In this document: positions 57,776 to 64,000 of the stretch, piece by piece | Layout of the letters: every line of letters begins with the position of its first letter | How positions within the stretch are numbered: the first letter of the stretch is position 1 | NCBI GenBank assembly: GCA_035084275.1 | Contig: CM068747.1 | Span: 23,312,001 to 23,376,000 of the forward strand | Origin: Hydrolagus colliei | Lineage: Eukaryota | Direction of reading: 5' to 3' | DNA length: 64,000 bases | Position numbers and translations under genes: made by a program | The notes under the pieces: model-generated | Told to the model about the DNA's origin: nothing | Seen by the model: the letters and a program-made list of their open reading frames with translations, nothing else | Databases searched by the model: none

Positions 57776-58279
57776 ATATATAGAACCAATAGTACAAATC
57801 TGCTAGAGTTATTTAAAGAAATAACTAAATTGGTGGACATGTTTTTCAGTGGATTTGTTAGATGGCATTCGCTAAAGTTCCACATGAGATTTTTAAGCAA
57901 GGTTTAAAACAGCAATCATGGTGATGGGAGTTGATTGAATAGTGTGGAATTTTAACTTAATTAATTAAAAGATCAAGTGATAATCCCTGTTGATGTTTCC
58001 GCAGCGGATAGAATAGGTGGGTTGCGTTTAACAGTGTATACGCTTTGCATGATCTGGGGGGAAAAAAAACAGGCTTCATTAATAGAAGAGGGTGTGAGCA
58101 GGTTGCAATGAACTATCTACTACATATTGTAGTATGAAAACTATTTTTATAAATCACTATACTTTTATTGGTGAAGCTTTATATTTTTGCTATATTATTG
58201 CACTTGTAGAAGATTCGATGACGTGCACGTTGTTTTCTTTCCTTATCAAAATTGTCTTGCTTGATTTGTGCCTCTCTAG

Positions 58280-58427
58280 GTTATTGAGGGAGTGATTGAT
58301 CTGGAGTATACAGTTCCTGACCTGTATCAGGGTAGAGATTACCTGTTTAAAATTTCAGCCTGCAACAAATGTGGACCAGGAGAGCCCGGATATATTGATG
58401 AACCCGTTAATATATCTACACCAGCAA
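58280..58427 (+). CDS. ttn: titin FN3 I110, 3' part
   Basis: VIEGVIDLEYTVPDL...NKCGPGEP; 148 nt. Confidence 0.95.
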
Positions 58428-58614
58428 GTAAGCGTTTAGCTTTGTTAATCTACCCTGAAATATACAGCATGTTAACACATTTTCAGACTAATATGAGCTA
58501 CAACAATCAACTGCTCGTGACACCATCTGTAAGGTCTGGAAGCAACTAATATTGATACCTTACCTAAACTAAGGATCCGTTCTCCTTATTCTATCTGATC
58601 ATTTTAAATAAAAT

Positions 58615-58800
58615 ATAATATATAATAATAATCCTTGCATTTGATATTGCGCCTTATCACATCTTCGACATATCTCAAAGCACTTCACGGAATATTATCC
58701 AAAACAATACTGAGCAAATTGACTGTATATTTTGTGGGCGAAATGAAGCAGGCAGCCAATTGTAGACAACAGTGCTCCACAAACAGTGGCAGATTCAGTG
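58615..58800 (-). mobile_element. Deu-domain SINE 3' part
   Basis: (ATA)n tail plus reversed Deu core. Confidence 0.7.
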
Positions 58801-59087
58801 ACCAAATTATTTTAATTAATTTTTTTGTACGAGAAATATCATGTACTTCGCATTCCAGTTGTAACTAGCAAATGTATGAATTGTATATTTTATTGCAGCG
58901 CTAAGTCTCACTGAATATCAGGAACGCCTTGTCCCTTCAAACATAATTTGATTTAAGTGGGATGGTTTCCAACTGTGATCGACCCAGGCAAAAAGAAAGC
59001 AGATGAAGTGAAGGGTTTTAAATGGTTCAATTAAAGCTCCTGATCTTAAAACATTCACCGACCAATTGTCATTCTGTAATTTTTCAG

Positions 59088-59265
59088 CTGTCCCAGACCC
59101 ACCTGAAAATCTCAAGTGGAGGGATCCATCTGCGAGTGGTATCTTCCTCGCATGGGAACCACCCAAGTACGACGGAGGTTCACGAATTAAAGGGTATATG
59201 ATAGAAAAGTGCCAACGTGGTACTGAAAAATGGGAGATGTGTGGCGAGCCGGTGTTTGATCTGAG
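59088..59265 (+). CDS. ttn: titin FN3 I111, 5' part
   Basis: TVPDPPENLKWRD; phase 1-2. Confidence 0.95.
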
Positions 59266-59359
59266 GTAAGTTAACACGGCTGGATTTCCAGTGATGAAAA
59301 TGTTTTTCAGTGGTCCGAAGGAAGTAAGTGCTATAATTACTCGTTGCTTTATTTAATAG

Positions 59360-59481
59360 GTTTGAAGTGACTGGCCTGACGGAAGGGCAGTGGTATTCAT
59401 ACCGCGTCAAAGCATTGAACAAACAAGGTGCCAGCAGGCCAGGCAAACCTACAGATGATATACGTGCTATAGATCCAAAAG
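59360..59481 (+). CDS. ttn: titin FN3 I111, 3' part
   Basis: FEVTGLTEGQWYSYRVKALNKQGASRP; phase 2-1. Confidence 0.95.
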
Positions 59482-59946
59482 GTATATGGTCGATGACTTC
59501 TTTTGCAACACACATCAAGCACAACATTTCTTAGTACATTCCAGTCATGTGGATATTAGATAGGCACCTATTGGTGAAGATGACCAGCAGGGAGGTTACA
59601 GGTAGATGGAAAATATACTGACTGTTATTTGAATCTAAAATTATTCGATACGCCTCCAGACAAAATTTTGTGCACGTCAGTGGTAAATATTTGAAATAAT
59701 AGAGATCTAGTTTACAGCGTCACCTCTAAACATACCACTGAAAATTCTTACCATTTTTCACATGGTTGAGAATTTCATCAATACATGACATTCCTTCCTA
59801 TTATCATCTATAAAAATACAGATTTTTCACTCAAGAAAAGTGATCGATCAAATATTCTGGAGAATTCATAGCCAGGAGGATACCATTAAGAACTCTCTTC
59901 TCTTTTAGCATGGTGTTATAGCATCATTAATGTCCAGCTTAACAGG

Positions 59947-60340
59947 CAATCAATCAATCAATCAATACACATTCATATAGCGCCTTTTACATTGAGAGGA
60001 CGTCCCAAGGTGCTGTACAGTTAGGTATGGACAAAACCAGGGAGCGAGGGGTCAGGGCAGGATGAAGAAGAGTAGGAAAATTGACTGTATATTTGTGGGC
60101 GAAACACAGCTGCCAAATTGCGCCCAGCAATGTCCCTCAAACAGCCACGGAAATGGAGCCAGAGGAGAAAGGGGGGAAAGAGGGCAAGGGGGGAGAGGAA
60201 GGGAAAGGTGGGGTGAGGTAAGGTCAGGGAGGAAGAGGGGGGAGAAAGGGGTATGAGGGAGAAAGGGAGGGAAAGGTGGGTGGGGGGCAAGATCAGGGAG
60301 AAAGGGGGGGAAGAGGGAGGGAAGGGGAAAAGGGAGCAAG
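59947..60340 (-). mobile_element. composite SINE (Deu core + pyrimidine tract + L2-type tail)
   Basis: Homologous to the 57285 copy. Confidence 0.7.
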
Positions 60341-60399
60341 ACCTCTATGTAACACGTTATTCAAAAGACTAAATAACATGTGTTCTTTGCTTACAACAG

Positions 60400-60687
60400 A
60401 GTCTCCAGAGATCCAACTTGACGTTAAGTTGCTCGCTGGCATTACTGTGAAGGCTGGAACAAAGGTTGAGCTGCCAGCTTTTGTGACTGGCAAACCTGAG
60501 CCCAAAATTACTTGGACGAAAGCTGAACGTTTACTGAAGGTTGACAACAGAATAACCATTGAGACAAAACCCGGTGAATCCACCGTCACAATCATAGATA
60601 CCACTAGGACTGACACCGCCACCTACATTATTGAAGCCATAAACACCAGTGGTCGAGCTACAGCTGTTGTGGAAGTCAATATCCTAG
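60400..60687 (+). CDS. ttn: titin Ig I112
   Basis: ESPEIQLDVKLLAGITVKAGTK; 288 nt. Confidence 0.95.
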
Positions 60688-60793
60688 GTAGTTAAGTTTT
60701 CAAATACTACATGCAACGTTAAATAATCTTACATGACTTCAAGTAATGTCATCAAGTCCAACAAATAATTAAAATCATTCGTTTGTTTTACAG

Positions 60794-61090
60794 ATAAGCC
60801 TGGGCCTCCTGCTGCGTTTGATATCACTGACATTACAAATGAAACCTGCGTCTTGACTTGGAATCCCCCCAGAGATGACGGCGGGTCACGCGTCACCAAT
60901 TACATTGTACATTCCAAACAAGGAGCTAGTGAAATATGGAACAAACTCTCATCCACTATCAAAGACACCAAGTATAAGTCGACAAATCTTACACCCTTGA
61001 AAGAATACAGTTTCAAAGTTAGTGCCGAGAACATGTACGGCATTGGAGAGCCTTCTGAGCACACTCCAATTATAGCCAGATATTCTTTCG
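60794..61090 (+). CDS. ttn: titin FN3 I113
   Basis: DKPGPPAAFDITDITNE; 297 nt. Confidence 0.95.
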
Positions 61091-61209
61091 GTAAGCAATA
61101 CAGTTTACACAATATAATTTTGATGTTATGTATGGTTGATATACCACCCAATACTGTTGGGTAACACAGCGCTTAAATATTTATATTTATAATATTATTT
61201 ATCCATTAG

Positions 61210-61396
61210 ATCCACCTGGTGCTCCAACTCGTGTCCAGCCTTCAGATATCAACAAAGATTCGTTGACTTTGACTTGGAATGAACCAGATGAAGATGGTGG
61301 TAGCCCAATCACTGGATACTGGGTTGAGAAATTTGATCCAGATACTGACAAATGGATGAAATGTAACAAAATACCAGTCAAAGATACTACCTTAAG
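61210..61396 (+). CDS. ttn: titin FN3 I114, 5' part
   Basis: DPPGAPTRVQPSDI...DGGSPITGYWVE; phase 1-2. Confidence 0.95.
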
Positions 61397-61556
61397 GTAT
61401 TTACTATTCAACAACAGTGGCATTTTTTTTAACAATAACGAAAATATGAAATATCTCATGCACTGTGTTTCAATGTCCATATTGTTCTGAATCCAGATGT
61501 GTGTATTTCATTGGGTACAATTTAATATGTACACATATGTGTTCTGCAACCAACAG

Positions 61557-61672
61557 AGTGAAAGGACTTACAACAAAGAAGAAGTACAAGTTCCGTGTAC
61601 TAGCAGAGAATCTTGCTGGTCCTGGCGCTCCTAGCCAAGAAACAGAACCAATCCTTGTCAAGGACCCCATTG
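61557..61672 (+). CDS. ttn: titin FN3 I114, 3' part
   Basis: VKGLTTKKKYKFRVLAENLAGPG; phase 2-1. Confidence 0.95.
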
Positions 61673-61723
61673 GTATGGGTGATTGTTTTGTCAAATATCA
61701 TATATGAATTTAAGAAAATTTCT

Positions 61724-62420
61724 CTCTCGTCCTCTCTGCTCCACCATCGGTGGCTGTGCCTTCAGCCATAGCGTCTCAAAACTCGGGAACTCTCGCGCTC
61801 AATCCTACCACTGTGCCCCCTTCCTCCCCACTTTCAAATCCCAGTTAATCCCTTTTACCCATATCCCTTCCTTTTTGATTGTGCTAGTCCTCACATGTAA
61901 AGCCCTCCACAACCTTGCCCCACCCTACATCCGTGACCTCCTATCCCCTTACCAACCTGCCCGTCCCCTCCACTCAACAGACTCTGGCCTGCTTCATGTC
62001 CCCTGACCCACCCACCCAACCATTCCTGGGCGAGCCTTCAGTCATTCTGCTCCCAACCTCTGGAACTCCATCCCAAAGTTCCTCTGCCTCGCACCCTCCC
62101 TGGCCTCCTTCAAGTCTCGCCTCAAGACTCTCCTCTTCGATGGTCTCATTGGCAACTCCTCCTCCCCACCCCCTCCCCCCCACCACCCCCCACCACTAGC
62201 TCGAGTCAGAAGCAGTAACCTGTCCAGTGCCTTGGGACATCCTCCTGACGTGAAAGGTACTGTACAAATGTAATTTTGTTGTTGTTGTTGTTGTTGCTTA
62301 CTTTCATCTCCACTCTCCCTCTCCCCCTGGCTCGGAGTCAAACTTAGCCACTATTAAGCGCTCTGGGTCACTGACCCACGCATAGGGCGCTATATGAATG
62401 CAAATTGTGTTGTTGTTGTT
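61724..62420 (+). mobile_element. nested L2-clade LINE 3' fragments
   Basis: VLTCKALHNLAPPYIRDLLSPYQPARPLHSTDSGLLHVP; two (GTT)n tails. Confidence 0.85.
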
Positions 62421-62460
62421 ACTGCAGGAAACCCATATTATTAATGTAATTCATTTACAG

Positions 62461-62760
62461 ATCCACCTTGGCCTCCTGGAAAACCTACCATTAAAGATGT
62501 CAGGAAGACAACAGCATTCCTACAGTGGACCAAACCAGAACATGATGGTGGAGCAAAGATTGAGTCTTATATTATCGAGTTGTTGAAGAGTGGAACAGAA
62601 GACTGGGTCAGAGTAGCTGAGGGTATTCCTATGACTGAATATTTCCTGAAAGGTCTTATGGAGAAACAAGAATACTCATTCCGCATTAGAGCTGTCAACA
62701 AAGCTGGTGAAAGCGAGCCAAGTGAACCCAGTGATCCCATCCTGTGCAAAGACAGACTGA
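62461..62760 (+). CDS. ttn: titin FN3 I115
   Basis: DPPWPPGKPTIKDV...HDGGAKIESY; 300 nt. Confidence 0.95.
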
Positions 62761-62849
62761 GTAAGGAGCTATTTGTAATGGATAAATAATTAAAGTCTGA
62801 AGTTGGAAATATTTGAGATGTGCTAACGTTGTTGCTTCTGCACACACAG

Positions 62850-63149
62850 ATCCTCCCTCACCTCCTCGTTGGCTGGAAGTCATTAATATCACAAAGAATA
62901 CCGCAGACCTTAAGTGGACACCGCCAGAGAAGGACGGTGGTTCTCCGATTACAAATTATATTGTGGAGAAGAGAGATGTGAGACGAAAGGGTTGGCAGAC
63001 TGTTGACACCACAGTGAAAGACATTAAATATACAGTAACACCCCTTTCTGAGGGTTCACTCTATGTCTTCCGTGTTGCTGCAGAAAATGCAGTTGGACAG
63101 AGCGATTACTGTGAATTGGAAGATTCGGTCCTGGCTAAAGACACGTACA
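62850..63149 (+). CDS. ttn: titin FN3 I116
   Basis: PPSPPRWLEVINITKNTADLKW; 300 nt. Confidence 0.95.
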
Positions 63150-63260
63150 GTAAGTTTGAAACCGTGTATTGCTCGCTGGATTTTAATGCTATTTCAAATA
63201 ACTCTCAAAGTTTATATCATTCTGTCGATCTAACATACGTATTTTGATTTTTTTCCATAG

Positions 63261-63366
63261 CTACTCCTGGACCACCTTACGCACTTACAGTGTTGGACGT
63301 AACCAAGAGACATGTTGAACTGAAATGGGAGGCTCCTAAAAACGATGGTGGAAGGCCAATTCTGAG
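63261..63366 (+). CDS. ttn: titin FN3 I117, 5' part
   Basis: TTPGPPYALTVLDVTKRHVELKW; phase 1-2. Confidence 0.95.
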
Positions 63367-63557
63367 GTGATTATAGTCTTCTTTGTTAACCTAATTCACT
63401 TTAGTACCAATACAGATGATATGTTTTAAACTACAGTATATCCTGTGGAATGCTTTGAGATGTCTAAATTATGTGATAAGGCACTATATCAACTGCAAGG
63501 CTTATTACTATTATTATTAACATGTCGATTAATGACTTTTATCGAATATTTATCCAG

Positions 63558-63754
63558 GTACGTCATTGAAAAGAAAGAGAAATTAGGAAATCGCTGGGTT
63601 AAAGCTGGTAAAACATCAGGACCAGAATGTAACTATAGAGTCACTGATGTAATTGAGGGCACTGAAGTACAATTCCAAGTCCGCGCTGAAAATGAAGCAG
63701 GATGTGGACATCCAAGTGAACCTACAGACATGCTCTTAATCGAAGATCCAACAA
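63558..63754 (+). CDS. ttn: titin FN3 I117, 3' part
   Basis: YVIEKKEKLGNRWVKAGKT; phase 2-1. Confidence 0.95.
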
Positions 63755-63858
63755 GTAAGTAGGAATGTTTTCACAATGCAAGAATGTGACTTGCTTCGAA
63801 ATGCAAGAGTTTAAGAGAAAAGCATTCAATGTTTAAACCAAACTCTTTGTGTATCTAG

Positions 63859-64000
63859 GTGCTCCATCCCCTCCTCTTGAGCTACATGTGACAGACGCAA
63901 GCAGAGGCCACATTTCCGTTGCTTGGAAGGCACCTGAGAAAAATGGTGGCAGTCCAATTCTTGGCTACCATATTGAAATTTGTGAGGCAGGAACCGACAA
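63859..64000 (+). CDS. ttn: titin FN3 I118 (truncated by window end)
   Basis: SAPSPPLELHVTDASRGHISVAWKAPEKNGGSPILGYH. Confidence 0.93.

Larger units (their letters stand above)
1017..64000 (+). other. ttn: titin gene, internal portion (PEVK -> distal tandem Ig I84-I104 -> I/A junction I105-I118); both ends lie outside the window
   Basis: ~80 exons splice into one open frame. Peptides are recognisably vertebrate titin (QLKAVPLKFVKE, DGKDRKLHIIDVQLSD, PPSPPRWLEVINITKNTADLKW) in the same domain order. Confidence 0.98.

Overview
Eukaryotic genomic DNA: an internal 64 kb slice of the titin gene (ttn, + strand) from a jawed vertebrate. The repeat content (CR1/L2 LINE ends, Deu-domain SINEs, a shark-type Penelope terminus) points to a cartilaginous fish. 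All exons were called by hand from splice signals and reading-frame continuity. 1-36.7 kb is the 3' part of the PEVK spring: about 40 symmetric phase-1 exons, mostly 84-nt PPAK-type and partly in recent tandem duplications, plus one giant 2,490-nt exon with a 54/58-aa repeat. 36.3-52.5 kb is the distal tandem-Ig segment (I84-I104, including I91/'I27'). 53-64 kb is the Ig/FN3 I/A junction (I105-I118, truncated at the window end). Most notable: (i) a candidate internal Cronos-type promoter with an in-frame ATG at 46490, at the position homologous to mammalian exon 240; (ii) the giant PEVK exon; (iii) a highly base-paired intronic element upstream of the exon-242 orthologue; (iv) mosaic tandem duplications of PEVK exons; (v) hAT and Tc1/mariner MITEs and a decayed Penelope hammerhead motif. 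Comparisons to human titin sequence, numbering and literature are from memory and need checking by alignment.
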